44,814 nt of DNA from assembly GCF_001194135.2 (NCBI RefSeq), contig NC_068981.1:43969496-44014309 (forward strand). Reading direction: 5' to 3'. Shown here piece after piece: positions 12,069 through 23,663 of this stretch (its first letter is position 1; the number at the start of each line of letters is the position of its first letter). The position numbers and the translations under genes are program-made. The stretch comes from Octopus bimaculoides. Taxonomy: Eukaryota. A model generated the notes under the pieces. That model had not been told where the DNA came from. It did no database searches and worked only from the letters and a program-made list of their open reading frames with translations.

Positions 12069-13079
12069 TATTGGCATAATGACTCTCTAGATTCAATAAC
12101 AGATAAAGTTCGCTGGAATCTGAAGTTGTGAGTCTCACGAATCTGAAGTTGTGAGTCAATGAAAGATATCAAATAATTAAGAATGAATAAGAAGTAGATA
12201 GTGTACAATATGCACAAGAGAAAGAAAAGTTCAGAATAGAATATTATAAACACATTAAATTAATACATAAAAACCGAGCTGTTTGCAAGGATAAGAGGTA
12301 ATAGGCATCAATACTTTAGTAATACGTTAATGTTATAATATTCTTAACTGAGAGCTAAGTAAATTATCAATACTTGACAAAATGCAGGAAGCATAATTAC
12401 TTCCTTTAAATTAAATCATAAGACTCTGCTGCACAGAAATTCTCCCTCTAGTATGTCGTATTTATATTTTTAATTGGGCGTTAAGTAAATTACCTCGAGT
12501 TGAAAAAAAATGCGAAAAAACAATGACTTCATTTAAAATACACCACTAGAATCTAATTTACAAAAATTACATTTAGGATGAATGTATCGGAATGCAACGA
12601 TACGAAATAAATAAATAAAAGGAAGGCAAGGAGAGGATTTCTGTGTGTCATTGGCTGAAAGGTGTAGGGCCTAAAGCTGAATCTTACGATGTTTTATTGT
12701 GGTACGGAAAACTACCGACATATTTTTATGAAACAGAATGCAAAAGGTTGTAGTAATGCTGACTGCTATTTCTCACATCAGGGTCACCATTTGTAGTGTG
12801 GTTATGGCGAAAGACCTGTTATCAGTTTATTATATAGATCATTTATTGCTACGTAATTAAAAAGGTGTTCGTGCAATATAGGAAGAGTCACAGGTGCAGG
12901 AGATCTTCATCAGAAGTTCGATAATTAGGCTGATTTTTCACATCGATGCATATTCATTTTGCCGTGTCTGATTTTTCATCAATCTCACCGGGTTGAGTAT
13001 AGAATTGTAAAAACTGCTATTAGTGAGAGGAATTCACCAAGGACCAAATTCACTCCGCTTTTTCGCGTTAAAAAACTAC

Positions 13080-13224
13080 CGTATTTGTAACCTCTGTTCA
13101 CAGAAAGTCCTAGCGATTTTCGCCAGACTATCATGTAAAGAAAAATCCCTGATTCGCTGAAATGGGGTCTGCACGCACAGTAGACTCGTGATTTCCATGT
13201 AGCCGAAAATGTGGTCGAAATCAA
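13080..13224 (-). CDS. Candidate exon DFDHIFGYMEITSLLCVQTPFQRIRDFSLHDSLAKIARTFCEQRLQI
   Basis: Acceptor CCTTATAACAG, donor CG/GTAGTT, open frame. Not phase-compatible with 14107-14226 without an intervening exon. Confidence 0.22.
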
Positions 13225-14106
13225 CTGTTATAAGGTAACGACATCATATGAGGATTTTAGGAAGTAACAACTTATCGCATCGTTAATAGCTTTCCAGTAT
13301 TAACCAGGGTACAATATATGTAAAAGCGTTACAGTTATGAGGTGTACATACACCGTAAAGTATACCAGTATTATGAAATACCTACAGCAAAGTGAAGGTA
13401 TAAACAATATCATTAATGATCTCAGAATGTGAGAAAAAGACAATTTTCTGAGTTTAGTTAATTCGTAGGCACCAGGGAAATCAAGTCTACCAAGCCAGAT
13501 ATTGTTGTCCCATACCAGAAACAAACAAAACATAAAAACAAAAGAAATGTCCTGAAAGTATTTGTTGATTCACAAAATAATGTTTTGTCTCGATGGTTGC
13601 TTGGTTTGTGCAATGTGAAGCTGCTAAATGAAGATATGTTTCGTTGGCCGCGCGTATAATAACTGAATCACACTCATGAACAGATAGCTGAAATGTTTTT
13701 TGCCGGACATAAAGATATTGGGTGTTGGCTAATTACAATGAACAACATAAATGTTTGCTGACTGAGAAAGAGATAAACTGCCCTGAAATTATAGAAAGCT
13801 ATCTGTTGACAAAATGCAATTGGCCCAAAAGTATACGAAGTCAACTGTACAAATCTCCCTTTGATGTCTACCCCTGCAAGAGTGATTGGTGCGTGAATTA
13901 GTCAGCCACCTTCAACACACTGCGATTAATCAAGTGGCAAAAACAGTCTTTTATAGGGTACAAGAAAGAACATTACAGAAAACATCACACCACACCTTCA
14001 CGCAGATTGGTTGCTTAATAGACCGATCACATGAAACTGTTGTGGTTCATTCGTGATGTTTGATCGTTTATCTAACAGTTGAGGTTTCGAATCACCGCTA
14101 CAGTAC

Positions 14107-14226
14107 CTTTGAAAAATAGAGAAATGGTGATCTGGAAATAGGGAAACAACCATGTTCGGATTCATCACAAAATCGGCCCTTATAATTTGGAAATGCTTGT
14201 ATATAACATTAGCCCAGACTGCAGGA
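14107..14226 (-). CDS. Candidate exon PAVWANVIYKHFQIIRADFVMNPNMVVSLFPDHHFSIFQ
   Basis: Strong acceptor TTCCTTTTGTTTTATAG, donor AAG/GTACTG, 120 nt, only one frame open. Confidence 0.3.
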
Positions 14227-14433
14227 CTATAAAACAAAAAGGAAATAACATTTGTACACATTGCATATAGAATACTGCGATACAACGAAAGACAAACCAA
14301 AAAAAAAACAAAAAAAAACACTCGCTTGTTACAATAAAACTACTCAAGAAAAAGGATTTCTTAATTTGCTTCAGGAGCAAATAAAGAAGCACAATTCAAT
14401 GTCATATCACGGAACAATATTTATATCTATATA

Positions 14434-14745
14434 TGTAGTAACGCCGTGCGCATGCGTAGTCTCACGCATGCGTGGAATTCAACAAGCAAGCTTTCCCGCT
14501 TAATTCTGTTTCTTTCTTGCTGGCCAACGATTGAGCATGGACGTGTTAAGCTGTCTCTCTACATCTTTCGGACTTACGCTCGACAGCTCGCTTACAACTA
14601 CATACCCACGTCCCAACAACCATGCTCACACACACAGAAGCTGTAACAACAAACAAGAGCTAAAGATGTATATATTTACCACCTGAATAAATGTTGTTTA
14701 AGTTGATAGTCTGGAGTTCAGCGTTCCGTTAATTCCTAATTTTAT
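14434..14745. promoter_or_regulatory. CpG-rich segment with two NRF1/EWG-like GCGCATGCG-type palindromes; promoter or solo LTR
   Basis: TGCGCATGCG at 14447-56, ACGCATGCGT at 14464-73; segment starts TGTAGT and has AATAAA at 14686. Confidence 0.3.
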
Positions 14746-16300
14746 ATAGGAAAGTCAGATATACATCTAATGATGTATAACCAACTTTCCTATAGATATA
14801 TATATAAAATCAATGAAATGTATGAAGATGATTTTATAGAGACACATCCACAGAAACACACATGCGTTCCTGCGCGGGTGCGAACTTTATAAACACAGAG
14901 TGATGTCTTTAATAAACATAATTTTGACCTCGCTCCAAAGATAGACCCGTGGTAAAATAAGAACTCTCTGGGCATCAAGTTTATATCAATCGATTTATAT
15001 TGGCTCTCGTCAATGTCTTCGTCAAGTTTTGATTACTTTTCCCCGGGCGCCAAGAGGATGCAGTGCAAACGATCGTTCTAGAAATAATTGAACCACGGGA
15101 TTTATTTTCACTATGTAATTAAACATATATTTTATAAACATATATATGTGAAAGTAACTTTGTTTACAAAGTTAATCTCATATAAGCTGAGTTAATGCTC
15201 AAGTCCACAAACATACTAAAATACACACAGATATATATACACATGTATATAAGCACACACAAACACACAAAACCAGTTAGGTTAAAATAGGACAATCAAA
15301 ACACCAAATGAAGTCTACGATTTCCTTTCAACATCACTATAGGTACCTTCTTGTTGCACCTCCCATCCATCTCCTTACAGAATCACAATCCCAGCTATTA
15401 CCACCACCACCACAAGCACCATCACCACCACCACTACTACTACCATCCTTCTCCGCATCATCATATCATCATTTAAAAGTACCCTAGAATTACTATACAA
15501 TAAACATCTCTATATTTAAAATCTCTAACGTATTTTTAGTTGCTGCATTTTAAATTTTAATTTCTTCTTTTTTTTTCATAGTCTGTTTTTTTTCTAGCAA
15601 GGAAGAGTACTTGATAACCTCAAGGTAAGAGCAGAGGCTACAAGGGAATGACGGAAATAAAAACTCGAACAAGACAATAACAAATATACAAATAATAATA
15701 ATAATAATAATAATGATAATAACAACAACAATAATAATAATGATAGCAGCAGCAACAACAACAACAATTACGATAATAACAAAATAGCACCACGCAACAA
15801 AAATCGTATTACACAACACACATACTGATATTCAGAGGTAATAAGCAAAAGAGTAAGTATAACTAACGATTTAATGATATTGTTGATGGAAGAAGGCAAG
15901 GACTATAAAAGTGAATCAGTAAAAATATGAGATTTTGACTTGAAACATGAGGTAATGGAATACGGATGTCTCGATTGGTTAATGATTTATTGATTATCGA
16001 TTATTTCTCCTTTTCACGTCGTTCACTTATGTTTCTTTTGTTTTCAAAATAAGACAACATGATACGATTTTTCCCGTCAACAAATATGTTTACTAAGATT
16101 CAATAAATAGCCATAATCACCAGTCTAGTCAAGACAATAGCCAGACAGCGCAAAAACCAATATATATATATATATATATATATATGGATAAATGAATACA
16201 CACACATATATATATATATATGTATATATATATGTATGCATATTATACATAGGGGACCAAAGTGTACGTACGCCACTATATATATATATAAAATGCAAAA

Positions 16301-16755
16301 TGAGACGAGAACGCAAAATATTCAGACAGTTAAGTGATACAAAAAAGGGACAACAAAACATCCAGATTGACGATACAAAGAAAACAAGGACGGGTCATTC
16401 GGAGTTTTCTTTGCTCAGTCGAGTTCTAGATTATTTGTTTTCGTATACATTCGCTGCTTTCTTCCAAGGAATCTAATGCTTTTAGCTTAGTTTTTCCTTG
16501 GCGCTGGCCAGATTGGANNNNNNNNNNTATTTGTTTTCGTATACATTCGCTGCTTTCTTCCAAGGAATCTAATGCTTTTAGCTTAGTTTTTCCTTGGCGC
16601 TGGCCAGATTGGAGCAATCTCGAGTATAACCAGCCGAAATTGCAAAGAAAACTCCGAATGACCCGTCCTTGTTTTCTTTGTATCGTCTATCTGGATGTTT
16701 TGTTGTCCCTGTTTTGTATCATCTAACTGTCTGGATGTTTTGCGTTCTTGTCACA
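16301..16755. repeat. Long inverted repeat with arms of about 114 bp, formed by two opposed copies of one repeat
   Basis: 16301-16414 vs reverse complement of 16642-16755, with few mismatches. The spacer contains a gap-flanking duplication. Confidence 0.88.
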
Positions 16756-16983
16756 TACACATATCTATCTATGTCTGTATATGTGTGTGTGTGAGAGTGA
16801 GTGAGTGTGTGCATGTGTGTGTGTTTATCGTGTATGACTTCGTATACTTATCCAATGTCATAAAATTGCACACACGTAGAGTCGCATCGCACTATTCTCA
16901 TTCTTAGCTATCTTTCTGCCTCTACTGCAACACCTCCCAGTGTTTCAATCCGCTTCATCACTCCTGCTATATATTTTGGCATT

Positions 16984-17190
16984 AAATTTTGGCACAAGGC
17001 CAGGAATTTCGGGGGATGTGGTAAGTCAATTACATTGACCCCTGTGTTCAACTAATATTTATTTTATCGATTCCGAAAGAATGAAAGGTAAAGTCGACCC
17101 CAGCGCCATTAGAACTCAGAACGTAAAGTCGAGAGAGATGCTGCTAGGCAATTTGTTCTGCACGGTAACGATTCTGCTAGCTCGCCTCCG
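16984..17190 (-). mobile_element. tRNA-derived SINE family B
   Basis: TTTTGGCACAAGGCC..AAAGGTAAAGTCGAC..GAACTCAGAACGTAAAG..ACGATTCTGCTAGCTCGCC, shared with the 21781, 29488 and 29680 copies. Confidence 0.85.
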
Positions 17191-17848
17191 CCAAAACAGC
17201 TCGCAAGAGTCATTATTAGCTACCTTAGTAATTAATGGCTATTTTTCAATGGAAAAACCTGGAGGGGCCTGTACTAAAATTTGAAACAGAAAGCTTTGCC
17301 AATTGCCAAAGTATACGTCACTGCATAATATTTGTGTGAAGCTGGGATCAGATACTGCAACAGATTAGATTTCAAACCCAGATAATTTCAACAGCTTTCC
17401 AGTAACTAAAAAGATCTACATGAAGTGTGTGTGGTTGTTCTAAAGAAATACCTGAGCGTCTGTCTGCCGAAGATCCCAATTGAACCTATGTCAGCAAGAA
17501 ACTTTAAGAAAGGCAGCGGCATCAAATGCTCTTATTCCCCGCAAGCAAATCACTCATACGTATAACTTTATTTTATTTTATATGCTTTTTTTAGTATATA
17601 TATATATATATATATATAATCAAAATAAGCACCAAGTTGGTGCGGTATTATCCGTACAACTCAAAGTAAGGTGAATAAAATCAAAATAAGCAACAGGATA
17701 TCAGAATGTGATGCAGTACGGCCGTTTCAAGCGACTCCATTTAATTGAATAATGCAATCATTATATCAATTTAAATGCAGTGCTATCCTCAGCTGCATAA
17801 ATAAATGGTATTTTTAAAAATCAGTTGGACACAGTAATATATATATAT

Positions 17849-18045
17849 GGGAGAATGTACGAAAAAAACAACAACAGACGAGGACAGGTGGTGTAAACAA
17901 CAAAAGGATGTATTAGTATGACGCTCGGGAATACGGAAAGTCTTTAACGTTTCGAGCTACGCACTTCAACAGAAAGAATACGGAGACAAGGAGAAAAACA
18001 CAGAGAAAAAAAATTGAATATTGTTCGGTCAACGGTTAATCATAG
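17849..18045 (-). mobile_element. Short Penelope-like repeat containing a hammerhead-like motif, copy 1
   Basis: Near-identical to the reverse complement of 26789-26908; flanked on the left by a (TA)n run. Confidence 0.7.
17941..17977 (-). ncRNA. Minimal hammerhead-like motif, same variant
   Basis: Minus strand TCTTT | CTGTTGA | A | GTGC-GTA-GCTC | GAAAC | GTT | AAAGA; one stem II mismatch, GUU triplet. Confidence 0.42.
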
Positions 18046-18192
18046 CTATGGCTGACCAGAACTTAGAAATTTTACACAGGAGAGCTAAGAAAAGGGGGAG
18101 ATAACAAAAGGGGGAGAAAGACGGTGATCGAAGAACGAGGAGCTGTGTGTGTGAGAGATAGAATGCTGGTGATCTTGACGTATGCATGTGTG

Positions 18193-18231
<39 letters not shown>

Positions 18232-18307
18232 TACATGTGATATCAGTATATATATTGTATATCAATGTTTATATGCATGGGTGAATATATATATATATGT
18301 TTGCCTA

Positions 18308-18785
18308 TTTGTGCGACGATGGCTATCTAGTAATCTTAAGATTGACTGAAGATATGCGCGGTGACTTTGTTTAAAGTGAACAGGAAACACGCATCCTCAA
18401 CTTCACTCTTTCGTTCGTGATTTAATCCAGTGACAAAATCAAGTCAAGACGACTAGGGTTGGAAACAGATGCAGTGCATGACCAAGATATTTTACTTACC
18501 TCATCTTGCTCCTTCCTGTCCACAATGCATTGCTGCATTCGCCATCTCCTCTGTCGAACCGTGATAGATTTTTTCAGCGAGTCCGTCAGATCCAGTTTTC
18601 ATATGCGTAGGTAGGCAAGCTCTAGCATGCTAATTAATCTATAGCTTGGACCCTGACATGTGCTACTACTCCGGGTCATATTACAGCTGGAAACAAAGGT
18701 GACTAAAAGGTGGTTTCACACTCCTCAAAGCCCTGGAACTCCCGAACAAGGGGCCTACTACCGGATGCTGTTTAAAATCATAAAT
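18308..18785 (+). mobile_element. Interspersed repeat family D, copy 2
   Basis: Shares the motifs listed for the 11085-11495 copy and extends further 3' (CACACTCCTCAAAGCCCTGGAACT..CCGGATGCTGTTTA). Confidence 0.75.
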
Positions 18786-19345
18786 ACATACACGCGTGTA
18801 TATATTCATATGTATTATGCAATACATTATATACATAATGTATATAATACATGCATATACACATGCACAGACACGATATATGGAGAGACGGATAGACAGA
18901 CACATATAGAGATGTGTCTGCACATATGTACCAGCAATATGGCGGCAAGCAATAATTTTAGTGGAATGCTATCTATGCATGTTGAAATCAAACACTACAA
19001 AGTCTTAGATTCATATTATAATGAATTAATCCTCGACTGCTGTTATAATTCTTGCATTTAGATAGCAAAGCCTAACACCAGCTATGTTAAAATCTAAAAT
19101 CTAGAATCGAGATAAAATCCCAGTAGAGAATTGAAGCTAATCCGGTTGATCCTTGTTTTCTATCCACAAAACTATTGCAGATAACAACGAAGTGTTTATA
19201 TTTAGCTATTGCGTATTGTGTTGGGTCAAATCTGTAGATATACTTCGTTGTACAGAATATATATGTGTGTGTGTGTGTGTCTGCGTGTGTGCGTGCGTAC
19301 GTGTGTATGTGTGTATGTACATATATGTATATACAGAAATCCATC

Positions 19346-19346
19346 C

Positions 19347-19392
<46 letters not shown>
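19346..19392. repeat. (ATCT)n microsatellite
   Basis: Read directly; another occurs at about 31583-31653. Confidence 0.95.
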
Positions 19393-19393
<1 letters not shown>

Positions 19394-19723
19394 AACCAGA
19401 ACACTTTCACTAAACTTATTGCCCAATCCCCAGCAAATTTGTTATCAATCACTCTTCCAACAACACATTATATACGCAAATCGGTCTATCGAATTGTTAT
19501 GTCTTCAGTAATGCTGCATTTACTCTCTCTGTCTCTCTGTCTTTCCTTTCATTTTCTCTCTTCCCACTTTTCCTCTCTCTTAATATGTGTGTATCTGTGT
19601 GTGCATATGTGTATGTATGTATACACACACATATATATATACACATATGTATACATAAATATATTGGCATCTATATACCTAACTCTCTCTCTCTGTATAT
19701 GTATGTGTGTGTGCATATGTGTA

Positions 19724-19793
<70 letters not shown>

Positions 19794-20621
19794 TACACAT
19801 ATATACATAACTATATTGATATTTATACCTCTAACTCTTTCTCGCTCTGTATATATGTGTGTGGGTGTATGTGCGTGTGTGCATATGTGTGTGTGTATAT
19901 ATATGCATATATAAATATGTGTGTGTGTGAAGAGAATGAAGGAGACAGTGGGAAAGAAAGTAAGACAAGAGGAGTTTAAAAGAGGGAACATTGTGATGCT
20001 TCAGAAATCTGGATAAGTATTTATCTTCCGCATATTCAGTATAAGGGATCATTTGCTTCACCTTGCAATAATCAGCGGTATCCATTGATTCTATCGACAA
20101 CAAAGAAAGACGGAACCAATCATGATAATAGTCACTATAATATAGCATTTCCCAATGCTATTAATACGTTGAAAAGAAAACTGTGTGCATATGATGAACA
20201 CAGTGAGACAAATAACTAACAAAGCAATTATAGCCTTGTGGAAATGGAGAACAAATATAATTCTTAACAGTAAAAACCTGTTTATTTTCCCAATAAATCT
20301 CATCTCCAAGCAAAGCGATCGTATTGTGTGTTATTGGAGTGGCGGAAACATGGTGCACATAGCTCAGTTAAATCAAAGAACTTTGATCTTGGAATCAACA
20401 CCTTACGCTTGTTTATCGCTTGAGATCATATATGTAAGGTCAAAAGACTAGTTGCCCTCTATGATTAGAGTTTGGACTTCCGCTATCCAGAGCTTTAAAC
20501 CAAAGGATTGCTTTAGCATTATCAGCATTGAGATACAGTGCCAAATTGTTATAATGTAATTAATGGAGTAAGTGAACGTTCGTATGTGCGTGCGTGTGCG
20601 CGGGCGTACTTGCGTGTGTAC

Positions 20622-20652
<31 letters not shown>

Positions 20653-21780
20653 AGTTTGTGTGTGAAAGCGCAGGCGCTAGCAATGGGTAATCGATTGTAG
20701 ATTCCATTTGGAAATAGTTTCGCCAAACACGGATAGTTCACTCGACACATGCAGATATGTGCTAGTACACACGTTTGAATGAGCGTTCATGTGTGTATGT
20801 GTATTTTGTTGCATACTTACACGCATGCATGCGCATCCAACCATGCACACACACTCTCGCGAACACACCCAAACGCACACACACTCACACATACATACAC
20901 AAGTGCACGCGCGCGTGCACACACACACACAAGTAAAGAACTGTGCCCACCAACTGAAGAAAAGCCTCACAAGTTTCAAGCAAGTTATCTTTAATAAGTT
21001 TATTGTCAGTGATTTCGAAGTTACGCTAGCGGTTGGTCTCGTATGACTGAATAAAATGTATTCTTATTGAATTCTTTATAAATCTAGGGCATTCTATGGG
21101 TAGGTTTGTTGGTACGCGACAAGAAAAGACCATTATGGTATTGAAATACAAGAGTAAGGATTGGTAAGGAAGGCCGACAATTCGTTCATTCGTTCAACTA
21201 ATAACAATATGAGGATAATTTAGTAGAGTCAAGAAAAGGACGATTAAAAGTAAGGAAGAGGAGATGGTGATTTATGTCGGGGATAAACATTAAGTTGGCG
21301 AATATAGGTGTATATGTTCTTCAGGCGTTTATGTATGCATTGTGCGACAATGGGAATAGTGATTTAGTCGTTTATCATCTACGCGAATAAGGAATTCTGT
21401 ATGATGCATATAATCATACACAAATAATAGACAAAAATGCGGTGAATCAAATACATGCTAACAATAAAATAAATGAAACTGGCATTATCTCGTAAAGAGT
21501 AACTCAAAATATATCACGCCAAACAATAAACTACCAGTCACCATGCACAACAAAAAGTCCGAAGATCTCACAAACTTCGCTTTCCATAATGAAACACAAG
21601 ACTGTAAGTCCGAAAACAGTGTAACCAATATGATATATAAGCACTACTGTAGAAGTGGAAGCTTTCCACACGTTTGTTACATATATGAGATTCGTAGATT
21701 CCTTAAGCACTTACATCAATGGGCGATTGTAACATAATACTAACAAGCATAAGGAAAGATTAGATACGAAGATGTTGGTT

Positions 21781-21952
21781 TCAAATTTTGGCACAAGGCC
21801 AACAATTTCGGGCGCAGGGCTAAGTCGATTACATCGACTTCAGTAATCACCTGGTACTTAATTTATCAACTCTGAAAGATAAAAGGCAAAGTCGACCTCG
21901 TGGAAACCTGAACTCAGAACGTAAAGACGGACGAAAAGCCGCGAAGTAATTT
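21781..21952 (-). mobile_element. SINE family B, head truncated next to the family A copy
   Basis: TTTTGGCACAAGGCC..GTCGATTACATCGAC..AAGGCAAAGTCGACCTCG..GAACTCAGAACGTAAAGACGGACGAAA. Confidence 0.85.
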
Positions 21953-21957
21953 TCTAT

Positions 21958-22376
21958 CTTTATCTTCAAAAGTTTATTTGTTTCAGTCACTGGAATGCGG
22001 CTGTGCTGGGGCACCGTCTTGAAAAGTTTAGTCGAACAAATCAACTCAGTACTTATTTTTCAAGCCTGTTACTTATTATATCGGTCTCTTCTCTCGAACC
22101 GCTAATTTACGATGACGTAATAAACACATTCCAGTTGTCAAGCGGTGGAGGTGGTGGATATGCATAACACAAATGCACACATAGATGCATATGCATACAC
22201 ACTCGTACAAGGTAGGTTCCTTTCATTTTCCATCAGCCAAATTTACTCACAAAACTTTAGTCGTATCGAGGCTGTAAGTGAAGACACTAGTCATAGGTGC
22301 CACGCAATGGGACTGAACCCAAGCTCAAGTGGTTGGGAATAAAACTTCTCAACTACACAGCCACGCCTGAGCCTAT
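21958..22376 (-). mobile_element. tRNA-derived SINE family A
   Basis: Reverse complement begins GGCTCAGGCGTGGCTGTGTAGTTGAGAAG..GGGTTCAGTCCC and continues through the same body as the 11672 copy. Confidence 0.85.
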
Positions 22377-23003
22377 GTAGAGTTTACTATAAACAATAGA
22401 TAATGAAGAAAGTATTACTCATTGCTCAGTACAATGCTAAAAGGAAAGCAGTCAACATACTTCACAAAATAAACAAATTATGAAGTATAAACCCAACAAT
22501 CAAACATCAAATACCAAGCAGACCATCGATACAAATTGAGCGATAAAGTCTACAGGAATCAGTTTTGCTTTACATACAGTGAGGTAGGTATACGCAAAAA
22601 TAATACTTCATTTATTAATAATGGGGCTGTGGAAGTCTGGAAACGTTTATTATGATGAATTTATGAACTTCATTGTTCTAAGAAAATACAGAAAAAATTT
22701 AATTAAAAGCTCAAAGCCAGAAAGTGCTTTAAATTTCAATAGTATGTATGCATGTACTTACACGCACACACATACACACGAATACATATACACGCATACA
22801 CACATATTTTGCATGTTTCACTGTCCTCTAGGCAACGGCCTTGTTTGAAGGCATCCACAGAACCATCGTTTCAGCCAAAAGAAAAAGGGGGGAAATAGAA
22901 GTACAATCCGACTAAACCTTCTCACGCACACTCTGTGGCCGTGTCTGTTCGTCCCGATTTAAACACATGGGGCATCAGAAAGCTTGCAATAGATGCTGGC
23001 ATA

Positions 23004-23540
23004 CGTGGTGTGATCAATAAGAATGCGGACTGTTGCATAGTAATGAATCTAAAGCATGTAGAGCGAAGCTGCTGGGAACAGATTGAGTTTGAACACTGTT
23101 GCGCTTGCGCACAAAGTTTTAATGTCCTAGCTCACTTTCGCTGCTTACAGCAGTGCTCAGAAGGCACGTGTGTAGCGTGTGATCGCCGCATTGATCATGA
23201 CAGAGAAAGTTGAGCAGAGATTCTGCATTAAACTTTGCCAAAAGCTTGGCAATATCTGCTCAGAGGTCTACGCAAAGTTTCCAAGAAGTTTTCATCGTTC
23301 TCGACACAATCAAGGAGTGCTATTCGGTCAGCTGAAAGCAGTTTTGGCAGACACGTGTCTCATACCCAAATCTTCAGTGATAATGGACTGACCTGAAATG
23401 TAAATTAATCTGCAAATCCTCTGATAACTCACAAGTGGTGATTCGATGATATCCCTTCCCAGCTGCACGTACATCTGCAATATTTTTGTCAGTTCTATTG
23501 ATTGCGAGTCTCCCAGAACGTTTGTCAATATCGACATCTT
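23004..23540. mobile_element. Rearranged mariner relic: 5' end on plus strand, HTH2/early catalytic region inverted on minus strand
   Basis: TA followed by a mariner-like end CGTGGTGTGATCAATAAG at 23004; ATG at 23197 gives MTEKVEQRFCIKLCQKLG, a typical mariner N-terminus. Minus strand 23540 to about 23276 gives DKRSGRLAINRTDKNIADVR, QSIITEDLGMRHVSAK and LLDCVENDENFLETL. Confidence 0.85.
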
Positions 23541-23620
23541 TTCGCCTATATTGCAAACATCCTACGCCTTTTCCTCGCTCTTTTTCCCTCTCCTCCAACT
23601 TCTACATCTCTCCTCCCCAT

Positions 23621-23663
23621 TCTTCTTCTTCTTCTTCTTCTTCTTCTTCTTCTTCTTCTTCTT
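23621..23663. repeat. (TTC)n microsatellite
   Basis: Read directly from the sequence. Confidence 0.95.

Noticed and set aside
14930-14980. REFLFYHGS resembling the PARP/ART LFHG motif
   Set aside because: Spacing is off and there is no downstream YG.G.YF motif.
16435-16612. Exact duplication of about 83 bp around a 10-N gap
   Set aside because: Typical unmerged contig overlap, not a biological tandem repeat.
20275-20360. IALLGDEIYWEN resembling an LDL-receptor YWTD repeat
   Set aside because: Single short match without neighbouring repeats or EGF modules.
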